A stretch of DNA of 63,656 nt, filler included, from Atractiella rhizophila (lineage: Eukaryota), in NCBI GenBank assembly GCA_021432655.1. It is 4 parts of 4 records of this genome, joined end to end, with 100 filler letters (N's around TTAATTAATTAA, not from the genome) between each part and the next. Parts side by side here need not be neighbours in the genome. Positions count along the whole stretch, not along the records: positions 1 to 19,886 come from MU271845.1; positions 19,987 to 39,842 come from MU271846.1; 2 more parts are not named here. One strand, written 5' to 3'. A program made the position numbers and the translations under genes. The notes below the pieces were generated by a model. That model did no database searches and was not told where the DNA came from. It worked only from the letters and a program-made list of their open reading frames with translations. This document shows positions 13,658 to 25,484 of the stretch, piece after piece (position 1 is the first letter of the stretch; every line of letters begins with the position of its first letter).

Positions 13658-14378
13658 ATGAAAGGCATGTCTGTCTATCTTCTTTGCTTAGTGCCACGCT
13701 GATTCGATCACGTAGCAATCCTCCAGCGTGTCCTGTCATCCTCCGTCCTAATTCCCCCTTCTCCTACTCCCTACTCTTCAGCTGGCCCCGGCCTTGTAGT
13801 ACTAGCCGGAATCTCTCCAGCAGACACAGCGGAAGATGCGGAGAAGCTCGCCTCCAAGATTCTCGCGCTGCGCCTATGGGATTCAGCAGAAGGACAACGG
13901 TGGAAGAAGAGCGTGATGGATATCCAGGGGGACGTGATGCTCGTCAGTCAATTTACATTATTTGCAAAAACACACAGAGGATCCAAGGTACGCTGTTCTC
14001 AATTCATGGATCCTGAAGCTGTGAGAGGCTGAAGAATTCGCGTGATGGATGAAATGGAAGGAGTAGCCCGACTTCCATGGTGCCCTTGGCCCCGATAAGG
14101 CGAAGCCGCTCTTCGATCTGCTAGTCAGCAAGGTGCGAGAGAAATACGTGTCCGTGCGTCCATTTGCCGCTTTCGATCGCTTACGGTTCATCATTTGATT
14201 TTGGTGGGACGTGGGACAGGAGCGTGTGAAAGAAGGCGTGTTTGGAGCGATGATGCAGGTCGCTTTGGTCAATGACGGCCCTGTGACTGTGGAGGTAGAC
14301 ACGGATATCGGGAGGAAGGGGAATCGGAAGGAGGGAGAAGTCGATGGTGAAAAGGTGATAGAGAAAGATGATCAATGA
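13658..14378 (+). CDS. DTD1: D-aminoacyl-tRNA deacylase
   Basis: MKAILQRVLSSSV...GLVVLAGI...SQFTL...KPDFHGA...GVFGAMMQVALVNDGPVT (SQFTL and Gly-Pro motifs); the first intron is GC-AG. Confidence 0.92.
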
Positions 14379-15017
14379 AACCTTTTCTGCGCAAAAGAGA
14401 CTCGATCGCGGTTTCTTACTTCAACTCTCCATCTTCCAGAAGTAAGCAGGGAAGGTTCAGTCCCTCCATCAATTATTCGTTTCAGGTCCGCGTACAGCTA
14501 TTCTTTATCAAAATCAAATGAGAAACTTGAGTTATGGCTTAACGCCAGAAGAAGAAAACAAACACCAAGTACATGTTATGCATCGCAAAAAGAGGTAGGA
14601 GGCATCAGTGTTGGCGTCAGTGGACCAGTAGACTTGGAATCGGGTTCTCCAAGAATGAGAAAGGGCACGACTCGCGCTCACAAGAGAGGACATTGCACTT
14701 TGTCGCACTCAACGTTTTAAAAGGCGGAGTTGCGATCATTTATACAGCTATTAGTACAGATGGAGTAATGTAATGTATATCGAAAGAGAGAGCCAGAAAG
14801 TGTGAGTGAAATCTTTTGTCAGTCGAATAGAAGCGTTCTGAATGTCATTGCTTCTTGTGAGTCATGGTTGGGCGAAATGAGAGACAGATCCGCGTTGTTC
14901 GCTCTGTTCATGAATTGAATCCGTTTACGGATAATTCCTCTATCCAGACTTCCTTGCAATATCAGCTTGCGAGGGCGACCACCTCATCCATCGACACTAC
15001 TTTCAGAGTAGATAAGG

Positions 15018-17680
15018 ATGGAGAGCATCTTCAACCTCTACGGGAAGCGAGCTTATGCCAATATAGAGGACGGCGAGGTTCGGGAAAGCAGTGAGGGGGA
15101 AAGGGATCAGAAACGGAGTTGGGGGACGCAACATGTACAGGGACAAGGAGGAGGGAGTGGCAGTGGCAGTGGCAGTGGGAATGGGCATAGGAGAAGGAGT
15201 AGGCGGGGAAATGGCAGCGGTGGTAATGGGAGAGGTGTGTGATTCCTTCTGGAAGGCAGAGTTGTTACCCAAGTGGTCGTTGTGTTTGACCTTTTCCCTC
15301 TGATTGTACAGTACTTTTCTCACCCTCTTCAGGGGTGAGAATGTTTCATTCTGTTTTCTAACTCTTTTGCATCTAAGAAATTCTCTCTATGTTCCTCAGA
15401 ATCCGTGCAGGCTTGTTTTATTTTACATTCCTGATATTATTCTTAGCATATGCCGTGGCTACGTGACTCTGCAAAGGATCAATGAACCTGAAAGTGCCTT
15501 GACTTGCTTCCACAATGAGGCTGTGTGCCCGTCGCGATCTGAGCTCATTTGTCTTTTCATTTCTGATGAACTCCTACGCACAGTGGCTGAAGCGGAGGTG
15601 GATGACCATCTTAGCATAGAACATTGACTCTCCTCATCGCTGTAGAACGCTTCAACATGGTACTCACGGTGCGCTCTAGGGAATCAACCTTCTCCATTTG
15701 AGGGCCCAAACGCGAGATTGCTGGGTCCTCATGTTAGCGATACGGAGACCAAAAGAGGTCTCCAAGAGCAACTAAACACATACAGCAGAATGTATGCCGA
15801 CGAAAAGAGGCTTCGTGAGCAATCGGAAGCCGAGTGCCAGAGGTTGCGAGGGGAGATGAGCGAGCTCGCAACGCGAGTGGACAATATGAAAGCTCAGCTG
15901 AAAGGTATGGTTTGGCACCTTTGTGCGTAGTTCGGTAAGCTCAATCCAGTGTGATTGGGGCGATAGAACAAGATCCGACACAGTATCAACATACCATCGA
16001 TCGTATGGGACAGGAGCTACATCAGACGAGGAGCGAATTAGATACGATTCGAACCAACTATTCGAACCTCCAAAACTCCTACTTCGAGATCGATCGGATG
16101 CACATCGATTCGCGGACCCAAGTCCACCGTTTGCTTGTAGCGCAAGAGAATGTCGACGCTCTCAAGGACCAATGGCAGCGCAAGGAGGATCTGTTGCGAC
16201 GGGAGATCCGAGAGGTCCGTGGCGAATCCGCAGACTTGAGGAGGGACCTAGCAAGAGAACGTTCGGTCCCTGTGCGAGCGTTGGATGACGTGAAAAGGTT
16301 GAGAGAGGATTTGGAGAGGGAGAAGAGATTGAGACGTCTGGCAGATGAGAAGATTGCGGAGCTGACGTTGAATGCGACGAAGAGGACGACGAATATTGGA
16401 AGTCAAACTGCAATTTCGTTGCAGGTAGCCGCTAAGGAGCGGGAACTTGGTGTGTTGCCGTTTATCTTTGCCTCAAACAGCAGATGATAATGGGAGGCAT
16501 AGAGACGAAGTTTACGAAGGAGAAGGAAGATCTAATCTCTCAACATCAGCAGGAAATCCGCGAATTCGAGCGGACCAAGGTCGATTTGGAGAGAGCAGCT
16601 GCAGATGCTCGCAAGGCCGTTGATGACCATGCAGCGGACGCGACAATGTGGGAAAACAAATATACAAAGCTCCTTGACAAGAGTCGGAAGCTCAAGGAGA
16701 AACATGACGCGACCGTTCAACTGGCGAAGGAGTATAAGGAGCTAGTCGATAGCACAGTCCCTCCTACGAAAGGTGGCAAGGGGAAGAAGAAGGCAGATGG
16801 TACGGGATCGAAGAGTCTTCCTTCGGCTAAGAGGATCCAGAAGGAATCTGCGCCGCGACCCGCCGTCGTCGATGCTCCAGCCTCTGCTGTCGCTGTCACG
16901 CCAAACACGACCACAGGTTTGCCCGTGCAGCAACCAGGGATGTATCCTATACCACAGCCCTCGACTTCGATGCAAGCCTCTTCCTCCACTGCGCAGCCGG
17001 CGCTCCAAGCCAATTCTCAACCCCATCGTCCGCCTGCTCCTGTACCTCCTCATCAAACAGCAGCTGTCCCACCTGCCCCTGGATCCACTAGCCAATCCCC
17101 TGCTGTTCCACCGGCACGTCCCCTTAAGACGGCACCTCCGTCCCAAACAACAAGAGCGGTGAACCCTGCAGCACCTTCTGCTCCACCATCCATGCATGAG
17201 AACCCGCTCAGCATCTTCAAAAGAAAGTCCAATCCTACCCACTCCCCTGTATCTTCACAAGCCACCTTAACCCCTGCTTCTCGAAAGCCCGTCGCCGCCC
17301 CGGCTCCTCCCCCAACCGCAGCGAAGGTACTACGGCCGCCTCCTCCCATTTCAAGAGGACTCTCTTTTGCCCGATCCGCCGCACCGATGGAACCGGACCC
17401 GGAGGAAATGAGGAGACGCAAACTCTTCTTGGATGAAGAGGATGAAAAACCAATCGTTGAGGAAGAGAGTCCGCGTAGGAGGAAGCCAACGCCAATCGAT
17501 TTGGACCCGGACGACGGTGAGGCGAGACCTGATGCGGCCATGGTGTCTAGCGCAGTGAAACTGAAGCTTGAGCAGGATGATGGCATGGAGGTGGATGAGT
17601 TACAAAGGGATGATGCGTACGTCGATGACGAAGAGCAAATGTGGAATCAAATGAAAGCAGAGATTATGGGTTCAAGGTGA
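15018..17680 (+). CDS. Hypothetical coiled-coil / Pro-rich protein (multi-exon)
   Basis: ORFs at 15018, 15718, 15951 and 16484 join through GT-AG introns (first intron 15235-15679); long heptad-like region followed by a P/A/S-rich region; 3' end uncertain. Confidence 0.65.
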
Positions 17681-18037
17681 TATAGTTCCAGTTCCTCGTT
17701 TCTTACCCCCAAGCAACATCTACCTTTCGACATGTGTGTTGTAGCCACTACACTACGATTGCAGCATTTATGTTTTAAACCATGTAGTACTAGCGAGCAT
17801 CCCTCTGTTTTGAGACTGCACTGTCAAGGATGAGATCGATGAGACTTGAATACTACATTGTAAGATGCTAGTGAGATGCAGAAACGACAGAGACTCATAC
17901 CGCAAGCTGTCAGAACTACACACTCGACTTCTCGACAGCCAACAAAACAAAAATAAGGAACAAGAACGACGAAAAAGACCGCTTTTTCCGAAACCAGAGT
18001 CCCCAAGACTAGACAGTTCACTGCTCACCAAAACAGT

Positions 18038-19452
18038 TTACTTTCCTTCTCCCTCTCCGCTTCTGCTTCCTGATCGCAATCTTAAGCCACCAACACCACT
18101 TCTAATCCTTTCGTCTTCTTCTTCTTCCTCCCTTCCTAAAACTTCATCTAGTGTCCTTCTCTTTCCTGCTGCCAGCAGCCTATCTATTTCCTCGGATGTA
18201 GCTCCTCCGAGAGAAAGCGACTCGCCCATCACGAGTACTGTCGGAGATGGAGATGTTGAAGAGGGGGACGGCGTGAGGGAGAATTCGATTCCGGGGAGGA
18301 AGACTTCGAATTTCTGGAGGAAGGGAAGATCATCCTTGAATAGTTGGAAGGCGCGAAGGACAGCGCTGCCCGTCGAGATTCTGTAGAGAAGAAGAAACTT
18401 TTGTGAGCATTTCGGCTACCCAAAATAAGGAACAAAGACGATGGGCGTGCGTAAATATCAGGAATGAGAGGAAGTGTTGAAGAATCTTGCAGTTATCCAT
18501 TCGAACATCGACAGAATTCTGCCAATGAATCAAGGACAACTTAGTTTGGTTCATATATGATCAACTTAGTTGATATACGGTTGTCACTTACTGCCCCGAA
18601 AAGATTTGTAAGGCGCGCTGAAGCATGAAGGGCCCGGTTACTTCCTCATTAAAGGATGGGAGCATGAAGCTCCGAGAAGGAGAGATGGAACGAGCTTCTT
18701 TTCCTTCTTCCCCTCGGTCAATCTGTTGAAGCTAATCTTAAAACTCTCAGAAACAGGATATTAATTACCGTTCCAGACTCTGCTTCCCTTCCAACATCGT
18801 GACAACCACATCTAAGGAAGAAACGAATCGCTGCGCTGTAGCGAGCTGGAAGAAAAATTGTAGAGATTCTGGGGGAATAGAAGCTTTGTTATCATTGCCC
18901 ATCCAATGCAGACTTCTGTGCCTTCACTTTCGATATGTCAGATCGGCACGGCCAGTAACATTTCCTTGTCTCCACGTGAGGCTTCAACGTACCAGTGAGA
19001 GTGTGAATGCTACATAGGAATAAAAAGCAAGATGTCGCACTATCTTCTCAAACCGTTACATATTTCTTTAGAGCAGAAACGGCGCTGCCTGTGCTGTCTA
19101 AATGCACGAAGAGCTTTACAATAATCTTTGTGAGCTTTACAGTACAGCTCTTAAATCGGGTGGAAATCAAGGACTTCCATTCTCCCTCAGACAGCAGACC
19201 AGAATACCAAACTCACTTCCGCGCCTTGACCTCTCCCAACAATTCCGTCGTCTCGAAATAAACATCGCTTTCCACGCCATACACTTCCCTGACCTCCTCC
19301 AGCAAATGCATAGCATCCAATATTGGTGATCCGTTGGTATGCGAATCCTCAGTCATAGCCTTGTGGAAGGAGGACCTCGCGCTGGGCGAACGGATTGCTG
19401 GATCGAGAATTGGTGTCGGCGCGCTGTTGGGGGGAAGAGAAGTGGTGGCCAT
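18038..19452 (-). CDS. Small protein with a single Sin3-type PAH (paired amphipathic helix) domain, 2 exons
   Basis: Joining exon 1 and exon 2 across intron 18381-19216 gives DAMHLLEEVREVYGVESDVYFETTELLGEVKARK|ISTGSAVLRAFQLFKDDLPFLQKFEVFLPG, colinear with the PAH consensus DALxYLxxVK..F...PxVY..FL.....ID...V..LF..H..L...F..FLP. Confidence 0.65.
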
Positions 19453-19886
19453 GTTGTTTCTGGCAAAAGCGTCTGTTGAGACGAGAGTGTTAACGTGATG
19501 AAGGGCTGTTTGTCGAGGTTTCAACTGTTTACCTGCACTCTGGCGGGCGGAAGGGGAGCCGAGGGAGATTCCCTCCGACAACAAATACACACAAGACAAG
19601 AATAAGTATTATTATGTACTGGATCAACGAGCTCTCCCTCTGTAAGTCGATCCTTACAGTTTAGCTATTGTGGTATTTGTTTCCAGTGGTGCCCCTATCA
19701 CCGTGCTCCTTTAGTGAAAGTTTAATTATCATGGTCGTACAAATTTCGGCGCTTCTTCCCCCCCAGTCATAATCTTTACTACCCAGCCGACTTCCACATA
19801 CGCACGAGCGTGCTTGTCGTATTCTCGAGGCATCTCATTCAATAACCCATAAATTATTCCGCCTGCCCACCAAGGAGACACACCTA

Positions 19887-19986
19887 NNNNNNNNNNNNNN
19901 NNNNNNNNNNNNNNNNNNNNNNNNNNNNNNTTAATTAATTAANNNNNNNNNNNNNNNNNNNNNNNNNNNNNNNNNNNNNNNNNNNN
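19887..19986. other. Assembly gap (44 N + TTAATTAATTAA linker + 44 N)
   Basis: Directly visible; an artificial six-frame-stop spacer. Confidence 0.97.
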
Positions 19987-21582
19987 GCTTTCTAGAGCCT
20001 CGAGAGACATATCTTCGCAGAGGAAGAAAACGAGGGATTCCAGTCGGTCCGTCAAGAGGTATAGGACTAGGGATACTGTTGCCAGCGTCGTGACTGAGGG
20101 CTCGGGACTAGCGGAAAGGTCCTTCCATTTCTCTCTCCATATTTATTGTTTCGAATAAATGATTTGATCTCAGGTATATACTTGCGAATGATATGAAGCT
20201 CTTCTCGATTACGGATTTGTTCGTCGCTGTCCAACAGCTCGACCTGGAAGGGACGGATGATGAGTCCCTTGCTTCAGGTGACGACGAATACGGTATAGCA
20301 GAGGACAATCTCTACGTCGATGGGTTTGGCGATGAATACGATGATGAAGGAAGGAGCTGGAGAGACTCGATCCTATCTTACCCGTTTATCACATTCTCAT
20401 CAGCGGCGACGGCTACAGCGGCTCAAAACAGACACTCAAGAAGCATGAGCCCCCCAGTTCGTAGGACGGGAGCGTTCAGGACTCTGAAAAGGCTCGGAAC
20501 GAGCGAAGTATCCGACGTTGGGACATCTGTACAAGAGTCGAGGCGGCCTCTCCTAGCACCAGTCGAGAAGGAGTCCGTATGGAGGTCCATACCCTGGTAT
20601 TTGGTTGGAAACTATGCGTTAGTCGCATTGCATGCTACAATTTTCGATCAGCTCTTCATGTAAGTATCCTTTGCACTCATTCTGGCAGTTGCTGATAGGA
20701 CGTCGGCTTAGGTCCCTGCTCCTGACACCAATCGCCGCCAATGGACTAGGAATAAACGCTGTTACCTTCGCACAATTGATTGCCTGTGTAGGCACTTCGT
20801 CTTCTTCCATCACTCAGTGGTACAGCTAAGGGGGAAATGCAGCTCTGTTTCTTGCAGATGGTATTCCAATTTGTTGTGGTATGCACCTCTTTGCTTCAAT
20901 AGCACGAAGCAAAATAATTAGGCTACCAGTATCCTGCTCTTGGACCTCCAACTGGACCACTCTCCTACACGTCGATGTTCGTCCTAGGTCTTACATTCTA
21001 CCTACCGACCTACATTCTGGTGCCCTCTCTGCGTCATCTCCTGCAACCTACGGACAACCCATCTGAGTTTTTGCTTATCTGTTTGTTCTGTCTCATGGGT
21101 ACATTCTTTTCAACTCCTCAAGTTATTGGTTTTAACTCTCTTCAGCGAGTCGCAGTTTCGGAGGCATCTGCGCGTACACTTCGATCTCCATTCTTCTGAA
21201 CGAGAGCACCCCGCCGAAGTATATTCCCTATGCAAATGGTCTCGCCCAATCATTCGTTAGCCTAGCCAGATTTGCTGGGCCAATGCTAGGAGGATTCGTG
21301 TGTTTCCCATTGGATTTCGTGGCATGATTGTACTGATATTTCGAATCACCGCAGCTTTGGTCTCTTTCGATGAAAAGCGAGAGCGAAAGCACGAAAAATT
21401 TGCCTTTCTTGCTTGTCGCCAGCATGGCTATCTTCCCCATCGTGTTGCCATGGGCGATGCTAATCTCAAGCCTCATCCTAGATGGCATTTTTACTCTCTT
21501 CTGCTGTTTCTTTCGCCCTTGCACAACTTTCTGGTACATTTTTTGTCTTGATCACCGGGAGGACAGGCCGATGAGATATTAA
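19987..21582 (+). CDS. MFS transporter, C-terminal half (5' part lost in the gap)
   Basis: Hydrophobic helices across short introns; ...YTSISILLNESTPPKYIPYANGLAQSFVSLARFAGPMLGG is a typical MFS C-terminal motif. Confidence 0.75.
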
Positions 21583-21588
21583 AAGATG

Positions 21589-22255
21589 NNNNNNNNNNNN
21601 NNNNNNNNNNNNNNNNNNNNNNNNNNNNNNNNNNNNNNNNNNNNNNNNNNNNNNNNNNNNNNNNNNNNNNNNNNNNNNNNNNNNNNNNNNNNNNNNNNNN
21701 NNNNNNNNNNNNNNNNNNNNNNNNNNNNNNNNNNNNNNNNNNNNNNNNNNNNNNNNNNNNNNNNNNNNNNNNNNNNNNNNNNNNNNNNNNNNNNNNNNNN
21801 NNNNNNNNNNNNNNNNNNNNNNNNNNNNNNNNNNNNNNNNNNNNNNNNNNNNNNNNNNNNNNNNNNNNNNNNNNNNNNNNNNNNNNNNNNNNNNNNNNNN
21901 NNNNNNNNNNNNNNNNNNNNNNNNNNNNNNNNNNNNNNNNNNNNNNNNNNNNNNNNNNNNNNNNNNNNNNNNNNNNNNNNNNNNNNNNNNNNNNNNNNNN
22001 NNNNNNNNNNNNNNNNNNNNNNNNNNNNNNNNNNNNNNNNNNNNNNNNNNNNNNNNNNNNNNNNNNNNNNNNNNNNNNNNNNNNNNNNNNNNNNNNNNNN
22101 NNNNNNNNNNNNNNNNNNNNNNNNNNNNNNNNNNNNNNNNNNNNNNNNNNNNNNNNNNNNNNNNNNNNNNNNNNNNNNNNNNNNNNNNNNNNNNNNNNNN
22201 NNNNNNNNNNNNNNNNNNNNNNNNNNNNNNNNNNNNNNNNNNNNNNNNNNNNNNN
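21589..22255. other. Assembly gap (667 N)
   Basis: Directly visible. Confidence 0.99.
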
Positions 22256-25200
22256 CCATGAAAGATTTTTGTACCAACTATACCTGACAACCATATAAAT
22301 CCTTTAAATGTAGAGTGTTGAAGATGGTGCAGTTTATGTTAAAGATCTGCTAAAGCTGAAGCAGGTCTTCGGCAGCGGTCTCTGTCAAGGTGTTTAGGCC
22401 TTGAACTAGCTGTGTGCTATTCTACCACGCCGCTATTCCAAGCATGTCAAGGTTAAGGGCAACGAACGTGTAGGCGGTCGAAGGTGTCGAAGCTAAGGAA
22501 AGGACGCTTGCTGGTAGTTTTAAAAGTGGCAAGCGTGTTGTGGTCGAGGTCGTGTTGACACTTCCCTATTATCGGTTTACCGCTCCAGCAAGAAAAGGAG
22601 GAAGTAGTGCGTCTGGGTCGCGAGCCCTGGCGGTTGCGGAGCTCGAGAATGTGCAGGGGTCGGAGGTCCGTGGGGAGGTTCCAGAGCTGTGCCATTAGGT
22701 AGTTTTAAATGCGGCTCCTCCAAATCTGGAGCGGTAAAAGAATCCGCAAACCAGGAAAAACCGAGAAAAAGTAGCAGGAGTTAAAAGAGGAGTGTTTTGA
22801 AGTGGAGGCAGGCAGAGAGTCGCAGAAGAGAAGTTGAAGCGTCTCTTTCCTCTGCTTTAACCTATAACTTGTGGGTTATGGTTTCGACTACTTTCTGCGC
22901 CTCCTCTTCACCTTCCTAGATCAATTCTCCCCACCCTTCCCCTTTCTGGACTCCACCTCGTCTCTCCTAATGTTTTTCTCCATATCGGCGGAGTCAGTCC
23001 CTCACTCTTCACTGATACCGTTAACCGTACTTGGTGGCGTTCCTACCCTTCGTACCACCTTCAAACGACTCCCACTCTAAAGGAAGTAAAGGTACTGTAC
23101 TATAAACGGGCCACCAACACACCAGTTAGGGAGTTAGACGTCTTTCTCCGCAAAGAGACGTCATGTTACAAGAGGCGGTAAAAAGTAAAGCGTCTTTACC
23201 TTTAACGCCCAAACGCACAAAAGAGGTACTAAAACTTTCATAACACAGTGACTGCTTGCAAGCCCCGACGCCCATCTCTTTCTTCAAGGTAAGGGTCGAG
23301 ACATGCTGTGCGAATGACTTTGAGACCGGCAGAAGGCTCCAAATGGTCGCAGACTTGAAGCGTTCGCCTGTATACTCTAGCGCTTAGAAGGGTGTAAGTG
23401 AGAGCAGGTTTATCGACGACCTCCTGCGCAGGAGCAGTGTGGCCCCCCGCACTATCAAATCTGTGATACTTCGAAAACCCTCGGTGCTTCGCTCGTTTCC
23501 CTAAGCGCTACAAAACTACTTAGACCCTCTCCTTTAGGACTTCCTGAAGCTTCCACAGCGAAAACGGTAGTTGCTTAACCGCCTTGGCTCCCACAACAAC
23601 CTAATATTCGTAGCTGTCCCTTACTCGCTCCCTTAGCACGGCGGCAGATGCTTAGAAAGAAGGCAAAAGGGTATGCGCCTGACCTCCCCATCTCCACCCC
23701 ATACCCTGAGCAAACAGCCTCGGACACGCGGTCCTTCACGACGCTCTTCTGAGAACCACCCGAATCTCTCCTTGCTCGTTGGCCTCTACGTTAAAAGCGT
23801 CTGTTACCGTGTCAGTAGGGTGAAGTTCTAAGGACCTGAGCGTTTGGATAACGAGGTCTTCGAACTGTTTCTTTGTTAGCTTTGCCTCTCAGCAGTTCGG
23901 CAGTGGAGTCCTGTTCGTTCTCCTTCTCCTACCGGAGCTGTTTGCTCTCAAAGCGTAGTTCAAACTGTCGAGCCGAGATAGGTACAGACTGTCAGACTAC
24001 AGAGCCTTCAGAGGTCTTCTCCGACGAGTAAGTCTCCGAAAGCTTAAGAGGTTGAGCAATCCTAGTTTCTCAGATCCCAATACGTTGCTAGACAGTCAAT
24101 CCTCTTTGGTACCTCGCAAGATGAGCCTAACCGCCTGCCAATGACCCGAGATAGGACAGAAGTCGGTAAGTTTTAAACTACCCAAAGAGCTATAGTTGAA
24201 GGGGTCATTGACCATAATATTGGGTGGGTTCGTAATAGATAAGTTACGATCATACCGCGTTCAGCTTAAACTCCTAGCACAGCTAGTCTAAAAGACCTCT
24301 CCATCATGTTGACCATACAGAATGTGAAGGTATTAAGAAGGCAAGTTTGGTACTTTATCCACCTCCTTTATTAGGCGGAGCGGTAGTTGTAAGGAAGGTC
24401 TCTGTAGCCGAGTACGCTGTGTAAAGTGGACTTTAGGTAGGTTGGCTACATCTACAAAAGAGAGGGAGGGCAAGACCGTTGCCTCAGTGGGTAAGAGACC
24501 AGGGAGTTTTTATGGAGTTGAGAGCTTAAAAGCTGCAACGAAAGTGGGTAGAGGTTCCAACGCCTCTGGTCATGTGAACGTTGCAGTGTGAGGACGAGGG
24601 AGAGATGGCAAAACGACTATGCCACGGAAAAAGCCTCAGACGTTTCACCTTCCAAGAAGATCTATAGCTACCGGTCCGCATAAGTCCAGCAAAAAACTCG
24701 AACAACTTCTACCCTTCGCGTCATTACTTCTCATGCGACATACTTCTTAAGAAGTCGCTAATGAACTAGGGAACCAATCAGGAATGAGAACAGCTTTCTC
24801 GGTTGGAACTGTAACGATTTTCCATAGTGCAGTAAGGGTAAAGGTACCTCATGTTCCTCTAGATGTTGCAGAAGTTAATAAAGGAACCAGAGGGTCTAGT
24901 TCTTCTCCTCTTCAACTACCTTCTTTACGTTTTCCTACCATGTAGGTGCAGCTCCTTCGACAATTTAGCAGACGCCTTTTTCTTCTCCATAGTTCCTCTA
25001 GCTCTCTCTTCTATCTTCTATGTGGGACTCCAAGGTTGACGACCCTGGCGTTCACTTTGATTCTCTTCAAAAGAGCTCCGAGTCTTGGATTACAGTACTG
25101 TGGTTTACTTCAGGCAGAAGGGAGCCAAATTCGGGGCATATCTATCACATAAACATAAACTAAAAATCTTGACCCTGGCTGAGAAGCTAGCCTTAGTAGC

Positions 25201-25430
25201 TTCGCTATTCTGGAAAACAATCCACATTAACCCACAACAGGAAAATAAGCAATGAGCAACAAGGTACCGTGGAAAAGCGTAGTTGTCCACTCATAATAAT
25301 GCAGAAACTTCGAAAAGCCTAATGACATGAAAGACGTGATTGTGTGTCGTGAGTACAATGGAAACCCGACGAAAGAACGGTCCTGACCCTGGCTGATCGA
25401 AGGGGATTGTAACTTTGCGAGTCTTGTATC
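22256..25430. other. Block present as complement-only (equivalently reversed-not-complemented) sequence
   Basis: No credible ORFs in six frames, but the base-wise complement read left to right gives a spliced gene; right boundary lies between ~25030 and ~25480, probably beyond 25350. Confidence 0.93.
22578..25430. CDS. CAP10: CAP10-like glycosyltransferase family 90 (xylosyltransferase-like, type II membrane), readable only in the complement
   Basis: Complement translation: EHPIPKLMKDAEEKWKDL...GWEAWWKFA|..FAINELAEPRV..DWRGRGGVWDSFVGACAPGSAARRL..HGAFYSDWRTVTGLYPVFS..IFWRGSTTG|GG..FQRHRL..LLDIDGQAYSGRFLSLL..KSTLYEEFFSDYLIPW|YHVIP. GT-AG introns at 23073-23276, 24314-24359 and 24775-24822; several single-base indels; 3' end tentative. 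Confidence 0.88.
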
Positions 25431-25484
25431 AACTAAAATACTTAACGCATCATGACTCTAAAGAAATGATATTCGGGTGAGAGC

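Noticed and set aside
19931..19942. TTAATTAATTAA palindrome, also at 39887 and 59763 (piggyBac-like TTAA)
   Set aside because: Always centred in a 100-bp N gap; it is an artificial linker.
21478..22294. Long ORFs in the ORF track
   Set aside because: They are translations of the N gap.
22453..23080. Short native-strand ORFs in the mirrored block (also 24946-25152)
   Set aside because: Shadows of the purine-rich coding sequence in the complement; not genes.
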